From: Lama glama
Taxonomy: Eukaryota
Assembly (NCBI GenBank): GCA_028534125.1
Contig: CM052817.1
Coordinates: 15,316,001-15,380,000 of the forward strand
Length of the DNA stretch: 64,000 nucleotides
Direction of reading: 5' to 3'
Positions 38,900 to 51,244 of this stretch are shown in pieces. The first letter of the stretch is position 1. Each line of letters starts with the position of its first letter. A program made the position numbers and the translations under genes. The notes beneath the pieces are model-generated. The model ran no database searches. It worked only from the letters and a program-made list of their open reading frames with translations, and had not been told where the DNA came from.

Positions 38900-40075
38900 C
38901 TTTTAAATATGCAGAGGATCCAATTAGGTACATTTTAAAAAGAGCATATACAAATGGTGAAAGAAACTTATGGAAAAAATATTTAAACTCTCCAGTAGTC
39001 AGGACAATGTAAATTAAATTAACTGTGTGGTGCTGTATTTCACCCATTGGGTTGGCCATAAGGAACAAGAGCCATAATACCCAGTACTCATGAACAGATG
39101 GGCAAACACTCTCTTTTACACTTCTGGCTGGAGCATGACTTGTTACAGGTTTTTAGAAAGAGTAATATTCTACAACCTTAAGCCCTGTATCTCGTTTTGA
39201 GGAATTTATGCCGTAGGAATAATGTTACAAGTATATAAGAATGTATGTAAATTTTCATAGCAATAGTGTGAAGGAAAAGCTGGGCTAGTCTAACAAGATA
39301 ACTCACAGGTCTAGGAATGTGAAGGAGAGGCTGCGCTGGGCTAACAAGTCTAAGTATTGGAATACTGATCTGAGTTCTGCTGGACTAACTTGTGAATCTA
39401 AGTTAATTAGTGTTGGTTTGCTGTTCATGCTTTTTTGCTAGCCAGCTGAATTTTCAAGGATACATATCTGGCTTTGGAATGTTGGTTTGCTGCCTCCCTG
39501 TCTCCACTTTTGTGATGATAATGCTGCTAAAGTTGTTCCATGCCTATTGGCCGAATACCCCAAGCTTGTACTTTACCCTATAAAACCTCATGTGCACATC
39601 TTGAAGGTGCTCAGAGCTTCGGAGCAGAAGCCCCTCTGAGCCCGCCGGTGTAATACATCTGAGTACTCCAACCCTCCGAGTGGTGCTTGTTTCTTGACTG
39701 GCCTGTCGTTTCCGTAACAATAGTATAGTAGTCAAACAAACAAACAATGAAACAGAAATATGGAAACTTGGAAAAAACCCAAAGTTCATCAATAGAAAGA
39801 TGCTCAAATCACTTGTTACTATGAAATATGGTACGATTATTATGAGTTAGCTCCACCCCATGTTTTCTGACCTGGGCAGATATCAACAAGAATTTTAAAC
39901 AAAAGTTTTAAGTGAGGAAAGAAAGTTCCAATGCCATGTATATATACACATATATAATCCCCAGGTTTGTAATTACAAGCATTGACAGTGAACATTCCTG
40001 TACATAACTTACGTAGATACTTCTGTACGAATACAGAGAAAGGAGGGGAAGAATATACTCTAGGCCGATAACAAT
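38900..40075 (+). mobile_element. Old L1 (L1ME-like) ORF2 end and 3'UTR, split by a solo LTR
   Basis: 'gagcatatacaaatgg...ccagtagtcaggacaatgtaaattaaa..tatttcacccattgggttggc' (IQMA..IREMQIK..HxTPxxxA region). Resumes after 39723 'aaacttggaaaaaacccaaagttcatcaatagaa'. Confidence 0.7.
39267..39719 (+). mobile_element. Young ERV1-class solo LTR (453 bp)
   Basis: TG...CA ends; perfect 4-bp TSD ATAG (39263-39266 / 39720-39723); ATTGG 39546; TATAAAA 39579-39585; AATACA 39652-39657; U3 direct repeats. Confidence 0.9.
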
Positions 40076-40571
40076 GTCCATTTGAGGGGAATAGGAAAGC
40101 CATGACCTATGTGTGGATGGTGGTGATAACAGTATTTATTAACATAAGTCTTCAGATGCTCAGTCTGTTGCATACTTTTCTGCCTCTCTCACTAGGGCCA
40201 TTCAAACAAAAAGCAAATTCGCATCTCAATCAATATTTTAAATTACCTACCAATTGTTATCTGAAGGTAGAAACAGAAAGTAACTACATCTTTTCTGATA
40301 TTTAGTAAGGGAAAGACAATATTTTTTCTTCTATTCATAGAGATGATTCCGAGAGAGTCGAGATGTTGAAAATAACTTCATATTTTGAAATATTGTATAT
40401 TGATGAATAATATAAACATAAAAGTTTATTTTTCATGTAGGCACAAGTTTCTCTTAATTTTTCACTGTGTCTGCAGCAAAATGACTCCTTCTGTTCAAAA
40501 CAATGACCACACTGAGAAATCCCAAAGCATTTTATAAATAAACCTTCAAAAGTGTTCCTGTATTTGTGACG

Positions 40572-41049
40572 TGTCGACTGAAATAAATGTGCAGCCTAAA
40601 AGTTAAGAGTTATGTTTTATTTGGCAGGAGGACTCGAGCCGGGATGACAGCCTCCCAGATCGCTCTGAGGGACTGCTCCGAAGAGGGAGGGGAGGAGCTA
40701 AGGTATATAGCAGCTTTACAACAAAGACCAGGTAGTTGGAACAATAAAAGATTACTTGTTAACTAAAGAAAACCAGGCATCTCAAGTTAAAGAATTTAGT
40801 GCTTTTCTATGTATGGGAGGAAGCAAACATTTGGGCTCATTGAATTCATTCCTTTGACAAGCACCTAGCTATCGAGGGTGCTTTATTTTGTCCTTTATTA
40901 TTCTGAGTCCCCTCAGGGTGCACCATTGTGAGTGGCTGCAGAGGCCGGCCGGGCTGCAGGTCTGTCCTCCCTGGGGGTGGCGGCAGCCGCTGATGACTTG
41001 GTTTCAGTATTCTTTGTTTACTGATACGGTTGCAGTATTTTCCCTCACA
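40572..41049 (-). mobile_element. ERV1-class solo LTR (MER41-like, 478 bp)
   Basis: TG...CA ends; TSD GACG (40568-71) / GATG (41050-53, one CpG-type change); TATATA 40704-40709 and minus-strand AATAAA 40616-40621; several CpGs retained. Confidence 0.85.
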
Positions 41050-41124
41050 GATGTTAAATGTATCTTTCTATATAACACTTCCTATATAACACTTCTGTTG
41101 AAATTTGATGAGAATGTAACTCTC

Positions 41125-41615
41125 TATTCACTCATTCATTCTTTCAACAATTATTTACTAAGTGCATGTTAAGTACCAGGATCTAGGCTATTCATTAGGA
41201 ATATGAATCAGCCTGCATGGAGCTCACAGTCAGAGAAGACAGACCTTAAACCCAAACTCGTATGAATTAGGCATTTAGAGAGTAAAAGCATAGGATGCCC
41301 TGGCCTCCGTAATGAACTCATGTTTAGAAATAAGAAAAGGGTGAGAGAAAGAGAGTGACAGTTAAGTGAAGGCCTCAAGGGTAGGTAGATAATAGCTAGA
41401 AAATAGAGAGACAGAATGGGAGGTTCCTTGCAAAGCCAACAGTACACGTGAAGGTCCAGAGGAGAGAGAGAACTTGGCACCTCTGACAAACTGGAGGTCC
41501 TCAGGATACCTGGAGTCTAGAGGGCAATGGGAAAGATGAAGGAAGAAGGAGGCCAAAGAAGCGGGTCCAGAGCGTGGAGGCCACATCAGCTGTTAAAGAG
41601 TTGGGACTTCAATGG
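41125..41615 (-). mobile_element. L2 3' fragment
   Basis: 'tcactcattcattctttcaacaattatttactaagtgc...cctgcatggagctcacagtc'. Confidence 0.8.
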
Positions 41616-43976
41616 CTACTCCCAAACGTCTTAATGGACTAGTTAAATATGCATAATTGAAAGATGTCTCTTGCTGCTTCCTTTGAAGTCTCTAATAGAT
41701 CTGCTACCAACGGACTTAGCTTTGAACTTTGCGTTTTGTAGATGTTTGATATATTTCCGTTGAATTGAGTATTCTTTGGATAATTCTACTAACAGTCTCC
41801 TTTGTTTTCATTTATATCTTGCCTTCTTCCAAAAGGATTCAGGGCATAGTGCAGATAACGTATATATGGTAATATTTCTTCTGAAAAACTCATTGGTTTA
41901 TAAAAACCAGAAGACTGGCACTGAATTTTTTACAGATCCCTAAATAATGATTATGGGTTTCTAATAAGTGTGAGTTCTCTGGGCCTGGGGATGATGCTTA
42001 GTAGATGCTCAATTAGCTTTGGTAACAAAGGAATGAATATTTTATTGAAGATGTAAGGTATGGATGACTTGCATGCAATGGCAAGTATCAGACCAAACAC
42101 TGAGCAGCATATGGATGGGTACATGACACGATCTTTTTCTAAAGCTCCTTGCAATCAAATAGGGGAGATTGTATGCCCACAAACACACAAGAAGATTCAC
42201 TCTACCACACATGTACCTTACACTGAAGACAGAACATGATAAGCCCTGTATGAGAGGTACAGTGTCTACATTTCCTATTGCAAAACAATATTTTTATTTT
42301 GCCTCAAATCAACCCAGTTTGCAAAAGTTCAGATACTTATCCAAACCAAATTCAAAGTCTAAAGCCTTGGGGTTTTCCCCATCACTGTTTATATTACAGT
42401 TTTGAAAAATCACTGCAGAATGACTTAATTAATTGTCCCTTCTTTCAGGTCTCCATCTAAAATAGATGAATACCTATGCATCTCACAAATCAATGAGCCC
42501 TGGAACTTCCTACAGATAGATTAGCACATCTGTAGTTTAAAGCCAGTTTGCATTAGAAGGGAAAAATATATTCCCATGAGGAATGTTTAAGGGATCAATT
42601 CATAAGCAAAGAAAACATGCTCTTCTCAGCAAGGAAACAATATATTTTGCTTCTGTTGCTGTGATTAATTACCCACCACAACTCGGAGAATGTTTTTAAA
42701 GGGCCATAGTCAATCTTTTAAGACCCACAAGTTGACCTGCATTAAAAGCTAAGGAGGAACTGCACACTAATTCTGAGCAGCTTTGTGTAGCAGGCCTGTT
42801 GGTGAGAAATTATGGATAATAATAAAAATGCACAGCCTTTGTATAACACTTACAGTGGGCAGTGTAGCCCCACCTCTTGTGACTGAGTCCACTAATGAAT
42901 CACAGTTAAAACAATCAAACCTCTTCCCTGAGAGTCTCACCAATTACACTGCAGTGAAAATGACAATGAAATAACGGCTTCAGGAAAATTTCAGGGAGGC
43001 TCAGATTCTTCCAGATTCTTCCTTCTAATCAGTCTATGCAAAAATGAATTTTAAGAAGAAATTACACACAAAAAATATTCATTTTAAGTCTTACTTTGTT
43101 TTGTTTCTTCTGATTTGCTGTGTAAGGCCTTGTTCAAGCATTTACACTCTGTATCAATGACCAAAAAAAGAACAACAAAAACAGCATAGTCTTTCAAAGT
43201 CAGGACCTATGTGCAATTTCTCTCTCTTTTCTTCTTACTGTCCGAGCTTCCCTTCTTCCTTCTTCCCTCCTTAGCTGATCTTTCCGCCTTCAGATAATGA
43301 GCAGAGCTCCCTCCAAGTGCCACACCTCACCCTGAAGCAACCTAACACATTACGCCAACTTTAATGTCTTCACTGTTTGCAAAATGAAGGTTCCTGGCCA
43401 CCTCTTTTCAGGGGAGTCTTCTTACTGTGACCTCCTCCCTACTCTACAGTGCTTTGTTTCATTTGTTCTTAATTACGCTGGACTTGCAAGAGACGGGTGT
43501 GGACTCTTAGTGCCGATTTTTCACTCCTCATCTCTGAACATCTTTCCCCTACCACACAAAGCTATGTACTCCTACCTAGGACTATATAAATAATAGTCAA
43601 TTTGGTTTCAATTTCAGGCAGATGAACCCTGCCTTTGCACAGTGACCCCTGGCAATCATAAGAAATGAAGCATGTGCACTGCCCACCCATTTGTGGAGAA
43701 AGGTTGGAGACACCTATTCCATCAGTTTTTTTCCCCATCTTTCAAGCTCCATTGCCACTGGTACATTCCCAGCAATGACCTGGAATGGGACCTTGAACAA
43801 ACATAGAATCAGTTCCAGTTTGTCTACTTCACAGATATCTGGATAAAGGGAAATTATTTGAAAACCCATAAGTTTGAAGATCTACCACTTTACTACCATA
43901 AAAGCTTAAGGCTTCATTTCTGATGCTTTAAATCTGCCACACTGGGGCAGTGTGGAGGCTGATGAAGACAAGAATT

Positions 43977-44256
43977 CTATGGTTACCAAAGGGGAAAAGG
44001 TGAGGAAGGGATGAATTAGGAGTATGGGATTAACAGATACACATTACTATACACAAAATAGATGAACAACAAGGACCTACTATACAGCACAGGGAACTAT
44101 ATTCAATTTCCTGTAATAACATGTGATGGAAAAGAATCTGAAGAGAAAAAAATATGTGTGTATATGTATAACTGAATCACTGTTGTACACCTGAAACTAA
44201 CATTATAAAAAATAAAATAAAATAAAATAAAATAAAATAAAATAAAATAAAATAAA
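43977..44256 (+). mobile_element. 5'-truncated cetartiodactyl-type L1 3'UTR with (AAAAT)n tail
   Basis: 'atggttaccaaaggggaaa..gggattaacagatacacattactata..aacaacaaggacctactatacagcacagggaactatattca'. Candidate TSD AAGAATT at 43970-43976 and 44257-44263. Confidence 0.9.
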
Positions 44257-44761
44257 AAGAATTAGTAGCCTCAAGAAACATTCTATCTGTGCTATGGAGT
44301 GTTTCAGTATTTTAAATTTCTAATACCACAATATCTGAGTACCACATACTCAACAGCTTGCTGGTGCTTTGTAGATTTTTGTTCTGTAACTTAGTCCTTG
44401 ATTTTTAAGAACTTAGAATCAAAGAAAAAACCATAGATGCATACAAATACATAAAATACTCAGATCATCTGTCTAGTCCCAACATGAGTCAGATAGAGTC
44501 GGAGAGGGCTAAACCTTGAAGGAAAAATAGACACCAGGAAGGTCTGTACTAACAACTTCCTTCCTTCTTGTCCCACCGACTTTGCAAGTCCACCACGCAG
44601 GTTCTTCCCCTTCCCTCTACTCATCCTCCAGGAATTATCTTGGCTCTCTCTTTTTCTTAGGATTCTTTCTAGGTCAACTTTCTTTCCATAAATTTGGTTT
44701 AGAAGCCAGCTTTTCTCCATAGCAATCTGTAATTACCCCTTGTGGCACTTCTCATGTGGCA

Positions 44762-44946
44762 TAGTCACCCTCGTATTCCCAGGGAATTGGTTCCAGGGCC
44801 CCCATGGATACCAAAATCCATGGATGCTCTAGTGCCTTATACAGAAGGTACAGTGCAGTCACCTACCTGTATCTTCAGGTTTGGCATCCGGGAATTCTGT
44901 TTTGATCTACATTTGGTTGAATCTGCAGATACTGAGAGCCAACTGT
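44762..44946 (+). mobile_element. MER2-like TcMar-Tigger element
   Basis: 'agtcaccctcgtattcccagggaattggttccaggg..ccatggataccaaaatccatggatgctc' ... 'ttggttgaatctgcagatactgagagccaactg'. Confidence 0.85.
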
Positions 44947-47064
44947 CATATGAGTGCCTAATTCTATATTGATTTCAAGCCTTAGAGCTGAGAACCTTGA
45001 GAAACTTTATCCCATTCCTTTTTTTCCCCTCTTTTCCTTTTATAGAGTGCTAATCTTCACGTATGTTGCATTAATGAGTATTTGCTGAAAGTTCATCATG
45101 AAGGCATATAACAAGAATATGATACAGTAATTTTATGAGATTATAGCAGTAAGGGTGGGAAGGGAGAACCAGTGGAGAAATAAATGGAAATGGAGATGGG
45201 AGAAGAATGTGGCTTTGTCGATGTTGGAACAGAGGTGACATCCTTCACAGGATTGCCTTTTTACTTTTTTCTTCATTAAAGAGTATAATTCCTTAGTGCA
45301 AAGGTGAAAATAAGGAATTATGTCAAAATGCTTTCCAATGATAATCTCAAAAGCTGAAAAAAATGAAAGTTTTAAAATGGAGGGAAGCCAAGGAGAATGT
45401 GAAGAAATAAAGCTGAAGCCACGCTTCCATGGAGACTGCAGGAAAAAGACCATTTCCGTAGACTTTATCAGCATTTTTTAAAAATATGCATTGGTAATGC
45501 AATTAGGCTGATGGGTTAAATACTCACCTTTGTAACAGGGGCATGGACAGGGTATTATGCGCAGAAATTATACAACATATTTACCAAATGTAATGAGCTG
45601 AGTCTATCACCAGATTTGTAGAACATAATGAAATGTGTGCTTGACTAACAGGTATTTTACCTTAAAGTGCTTTTCTCAGTGTATTACAAACTTATTTTCT
45701 GACACAGGCTATTACTTATTTCTACAGCCTTTATTATAGGAGCAGTTAAAGAGTAACTTCTACTCTTAAAAGGGTTGATTTGTTTTGCTCCGGGAAGGAG
45801 TCTGGTGTGAAATGTTGAGACAAGCTTTAGTTAAGGGCAGCTGCCAGGTAACAATGGAAATCCTTCATTTCCTTTGCATGCTATCTGTCCTTTTATTTCC
45901 TCATCTTTCTTACACTGCAAGTAACTGGTTACAAAGTCAGTAATCTCACTTGCCTATTTGCAATGCTCTTTATTTATTCTTTTTTAATCCCCTCAATTCA
46001 AGAGCTAGCCAGTGGTAGGCAAAACCATGCAAATCTATAAATGGGAGTGTGAAACAGAGCACAACATAATGGTTGTACCCATCTTTGCAGATTGGATAAC
46101 ATCCTGTGATGCACTGGAAAGTTGGGTTAAGCTATTTAATTGGTCGCTGTTAAACATTTACTTTGTAAGGACATTCATTTTCTATTCAGAGAAACTCTCA
46201 CGTTTATAGATGAAGAGACTTCATTCGGCATGCTTTCATATATTTAAAAATATTTTAGTTATTGAAGTTTCTTGTATTTAATCCAGTCTTTTACTTATTC
46301 TTTCATGGGGGAGGAAAAAAGGGCAGGTCTAAATGCAAATTAACATTACTGTTTAAATATCACAGACCATTTTCTCTGAGCCCAGTTACAATAACTAGTA
46401 ATTATAAAAATTGCTTGCCTCTGGCTTCCGGCTAAGCCAGTGCTAAACTTGTCCTTTTATTAGATCTGTCAGACTGAGTTAATTATCTTTATGATAATAG
46501 ATGTGCCTTACCTCCAACAAAACAAATACACTTATAATTAGCTTTTTAGTTAGAATTTTAATTTATTTATAAAGAATGTTTGTTTTCCTTCTTTTTTCCT
46601 GCTTTAAAAGAAAGAGGATGTAGAGAGGGGGTTTCTCATTTGTCAGGTTACCAGTCTGCTTACCAGCTTGCAAAGGAAGAGAGAAAAGGACTCGTATTTC
46701 ACCGCCAAGTCCAGTGTTTAATAGTGCATCATGCCTCTTCCATGTTCTATCAATTCAACTCCAAGGCATTTTATTTTATGTCACATCACAAAAAGGGACT
46801 CTTGTTATCTGCCTTCTCAAAAGACTAGTGTTATGAAAGCTATTATATGGAAATACTAACAAGTATGAATTTCTGTATCACAGCAAAGCTGCCTTAAAAG
46901 TCGAATTATCTTCTACTGTCCCCACGTTTTTATGTCACTTGCTTTTCTTTCATCTATGCCCAGCATGTTTCAGAATATTACACACAAGCCTGCAATGAAT
47001 TTTTGCAGACTATCTGTGCTGAAGAAGAGTGTAAAGGGAAAACATACGCTTTGGTGTCATGTCA

Positions 47065-47285
47065 AACAAAGCTGGGTTTCATTCTCTGTTCAGCTATTCG
47101 TTAGCTGTGTGGCTTGGACAAATTGTTTGCCCTCTCTGAGCCTTGGTTTCCTCATCAGTATAATGAGAATAACGCCTAAGTTAGTGGGGAATGTTGCAGG
47201 AATCAAAGAGAATGCATAGGGAGGGCCCAGCAGGGTGCCTGGCACAGTTTAAAAACTCAGTAAGGGGTGGTTGTTATTATCAGTA
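47065..47285 (+). mobile_element. MIR SINE
   Basis: 'ttagctgtgtggcttggacaaattgtttgccctctctgagccttggtttcctcatcagtataatgagaataac...gtgcctggcacag'. Confidence 0.85.
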
Positions 47286-50200
47286 TTAGAATCCTGGAGG
47301 GGTGTAGACGTCTAGAGAATCTGAAATTATTATTACAAGCTAATAATCATTTCATAAGTTCGATTTTATATGGGGATATATTTTCTACTAATTTGTAGAA
47401 ACTGGCATCCCTGATTATGTAGAAATTCAGTCAAATTCAAATTAAATAATGAAATCACACTGCAAAGAAACAGTTTTCTCAAGTTGCTACAATAAGCTTC
47501 CATGTGTTCCATGCTGAAGTGGACTGCCTTATCTCTCAGCCTTATTTAGAGCAGAACACAACTAATTTTTTTTTCCTTCTGTAAACTTACTGACTCACTC
47601 ATTTGGCTTTGAAAATTTCCATTGGTTGAAAGTTCCCCTCTAGCTACTTTTGATCTGCCAAATACAGAGATCTTGGTTAGGACAGCAAAGATCTTATTCA
47701 TTCAATGTAAGTTCCAAAGATTTCATAATGCAAAGGCAGATTTGTCCAGGCTAATATTAATTTTGCTTGCAAGTCATTAGCGGTGACTGCTCATTACCCC
47801 TATTCCTGGCCAGAAGAGCGATCTCAGTACAGGGAGAGATGAATCACACCTTGACCCTGTGGCTCACACATCTGAGGAGAAAGTGTGGGTGGGATGTGAG
47901 AGGAACCAGCAGAGGGCAGGAGAGAGGCTCCTATCGCCTCTCAAGCCCAGCATGCCAGATCCCGGACCGATGTGTTTCTACAGCCGCCTTAGGAGTTTGG
48001 GTGTTAAGAGGTCAGATATGCAAAGTCAGAAACCACTGAGGCCCTTTGCTATCAGATTCCATGACTTTTGCAACCAAGTCCTTATGCCATCAACATCATA
48101 TTCTCATGAAATCACTTGATGATCTTTCCTGTAACTTAGAACCATGGCAACTACTCTCAAATTGCTCTATTCCATTATGGACTTGCATAGATTTTTTTCT
48201 TAAAATCAAAGGTCTCTTTTGTTTCTTTTTTCCCTAAATGGGGACATAGGTTCTTGTTCCTGGGCCTTCTACCAGGTTTTGTTACTGAGACGTTGAGGGA
48301 CACTGAGGGGTACATTTCTGTAATTTGTGCTTTTCCCCTGAGCTCCTATTCATTCATTCATTCATTCAATAATTTATTTTATCTTTTTTGCCAAATCAAT
48401 GTGCTAGATGCAGGTGTATAGCAGTAACATGGTACCTGCTTTCCCAGTCCTCTCTCTTCACTCCTACCCTTTCATGTTTTTGAAAAGGATGCACCGTTAT
48501 ATAAAGACCAGCCAGTAGCAACAACAACAGTGTGGGGGATGGAACACTTGACAACAACCCTGAGAAAAAGAATATTTGAGTTTAGGATAATAGCATTAGA
48601 AGAAAATTTTATCAATCAGCTGCTGGATAATTGGAATCTGGAATGTTGTCAGTAACTCCCGCATTTTTCAATTAGCAAAGTCATTTATAAAACAATATAA
48701 ATATTTTAGCAGCAAAGAAAACAAAGATAGGTGCTTAGTACAGATACCTAGATTTTATATTCTCATGAAAATGTATACATTTATCATGTATTCATTAAAA
48801 ATATGAGTTAGGATGTTGCAACAGATCTGGCATTTCTAGCCATTGGGTATTATAAGTGAACAAGGAATTACTGAAGACAGCTGCTATATCATTGCATAGC
48901 CTTTTGTTATATCTGCACATAAGGCTAGGTAATACGGAAAAGGTTCTCTCAAACCTGTCTCAATCTGATCAACTTGCTAGAATAATCAACCCTTCCATCT
49001 CACCTGTAAAACACACATCCCACATCAAATACCTCCCACCCAAGTGGTCTATGAAGAACCCATTGTGTTTGTTCCTAGTTTTTTTGTGTGCGTGTCAGTT
49101 GTGCTTCTCAGCGTGATTGTGCCAGTTAATTAAATGGGCAAACTGATTATACGTGAGTGTGAAAGGAGAACTATAGATTCGATAAAGCTGATTAAAATGC
49201 TTTAAAGACTTGATGAGGATAAGTCACTAAAATAGACTTGATGTTGGAGTAAGTCCATGTCCAGCACGTGCTTATGCACCCACACCTGTCAGGCGATGGG
49301 GATGCCCTGTGGGTGTGTGCGGCGGCTGGGTCCATGGACTGATGAGGACCGGAAAGTAGAGTGGAGATCATCAAACATTTGAAATATGGACGCCTTTTTC
49401 AAAGTAATTCTGATGAATATCCTAAAAAATGACAAGTAATAATTCACATTCTCACTTTCACAAGAAATTAAAAATGTCTTCATTTATCCCTCATGAATTA
49501 ATTCATGAATTAAATATTTTGGTGAAAAGAATTTTTTTAATAGCTGCTAGTAAGACTAAGTAAAGGAAATGCGGCTGAATGTAAAAAGGCCAATCTTGCC
49601 TTCCTTTTCTTTCTTCTGTGTAAATCATTTGGGGCTTTTCTTTGCTACTGCTGTGCTCCAGTGAGCCAATCTGATCTCTAAGTCATTATTACCTTTTTTG
49701 CCTGAATGGCAGGGCTACATACAAATAGAACTTGTAGTGTAATTCTACACTTGTATTAACACTCATTCCTCTCCACTTTATTTAAAAGTAATGGTGCAGA
49801 GAGGTCCAAAAATAATATTAGACTCTAGTAGCTTGCCTGCAAATTACCATTCATTTCTTTGTATCCTGTATTTCCTTCGCTGTCAGTCCCATGGTCTTAA
49901 ACAGAGACTCAAGCTCCGGCAGCTTGTTCCACTACTGATGCTTTTTAGAGATTTATTAGATAGATGTGGGGGATGGGCTTATATGTGCTTATTAACAGGT
50001 CCCATCTCCTGGCTTCTACCGTTCCTTTCTCAAAGCTAGGTCTAGCATCTTCTCTTAGGCATCTTCGTGTTTTCTGGCCACAGCTTCTCCCTGTTATGTC
50101 ATCTCCTGCAAGGCATTGCTCAGGCATCTTTACAAATTTGTTGGACAACTTGCAGAGTCTTCTGGAAAACTCATAAACAACACTGCCTGTGTTCCAGGCA

Positions 50201-51244
50201 GTGGTGAGGGAAAAAACGTACCTTCCCCTTTAATTACAGGTGTACTTTGATATGTCAGTACCCATTCACAGCTCTGTGTGCCTCCAGGAAAATTCAGAAT
50301 TGTTATCAACCCATTTAGTTTACAGTTTCAGTCCCTGACTCTCCATGAGTCTCTGAGAAGAACATGGTAAGATGAACATGAGACCCAAGCAAGTAAAAAG
50401 CTGTGCATCACACATTATTTTCCTGTAAAAAATGCCTCCTCACTGAGCAAAGCCTGTCCGCTTGACTCTCTTTCCATGGGCTAGGAGCAGCAAAGTCTGA
50501 GAGAGGGGATGAATTAGTGAATCAGGCTGGGAGGGGCCTTTAGCAAAGAAGTCACATTTTCTATTTAAAGTTGAGTATCCGTCAGCCTGAGCCAGTTGTT
50601 GTCATGCTAGGATGTGGGCCAAACACAATCAGACTTAAATTCTCTGGTAAAGCCCCAATCCAGACTTTTATGTGAACTCAGTTGATTTTTGAATCTTGGC
50701 AACCAATTCAAAACCTATTAAAAGTCTTGGCCAAAAACGATGCATCTCCATTTGGCTCCTAAGTACCTAGTAAATGATGCCTGATTTAGATCATTATTTC
50801 TTAAGCATTTCCACCCAAATATCCCTCAGCTAGAGAAGCATGGAAGTTTTCCCCTGGGAAAGTATGAAGTAACCACTTTACAAAAAATTTCAAGTGAAGC
50901 AGTGCCTCGGGATTCTATACCAAGTTTAATCTCATGACCTTGTGTTTGCCCCCATGTAAGATCTTCACTCTGTTTTCTCTAGGAGGCTCTCCAATCCTCT
51001 ACACCCGAATTTCTGCAACTGGTCAACTTCACTACTCAGAAAAATACACCCACGCCCAAGATGCTTTACGCTAGCAAGATCAGCTTAATCTTAAGCTAGA
51101 CATTAATACACTCAATAAATATTCCTTGAACAACTATTTTGTGCAAATAATGACGTTTAGTTCACAAGTCTACTCCTTAAGGATTTTTTGACCTAGTAGA
51201 ATATTTAAGGAGGGTAAGGTTAAAAAGGGGAGAAGTTAAACTTC

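Noticed and set aside
49339..49360. Hammerhead-like core CTGATGA-GGACCG-GAAA
   Set aside because: Stem II cannot close properly before GAAA, and I found no stem III partner with a UH cleavage site. The CTGATGAG hits at ~5271, ~25841 and ~53480 also lack a suitably placed GAAA.
49210..49412. Box C/D snoRNA (TGATGA ... CTGA)
   Set aside because: The C boxes lack the leading purine, there is no terminal stem, and I recognised no rRNA/snRNA guide.
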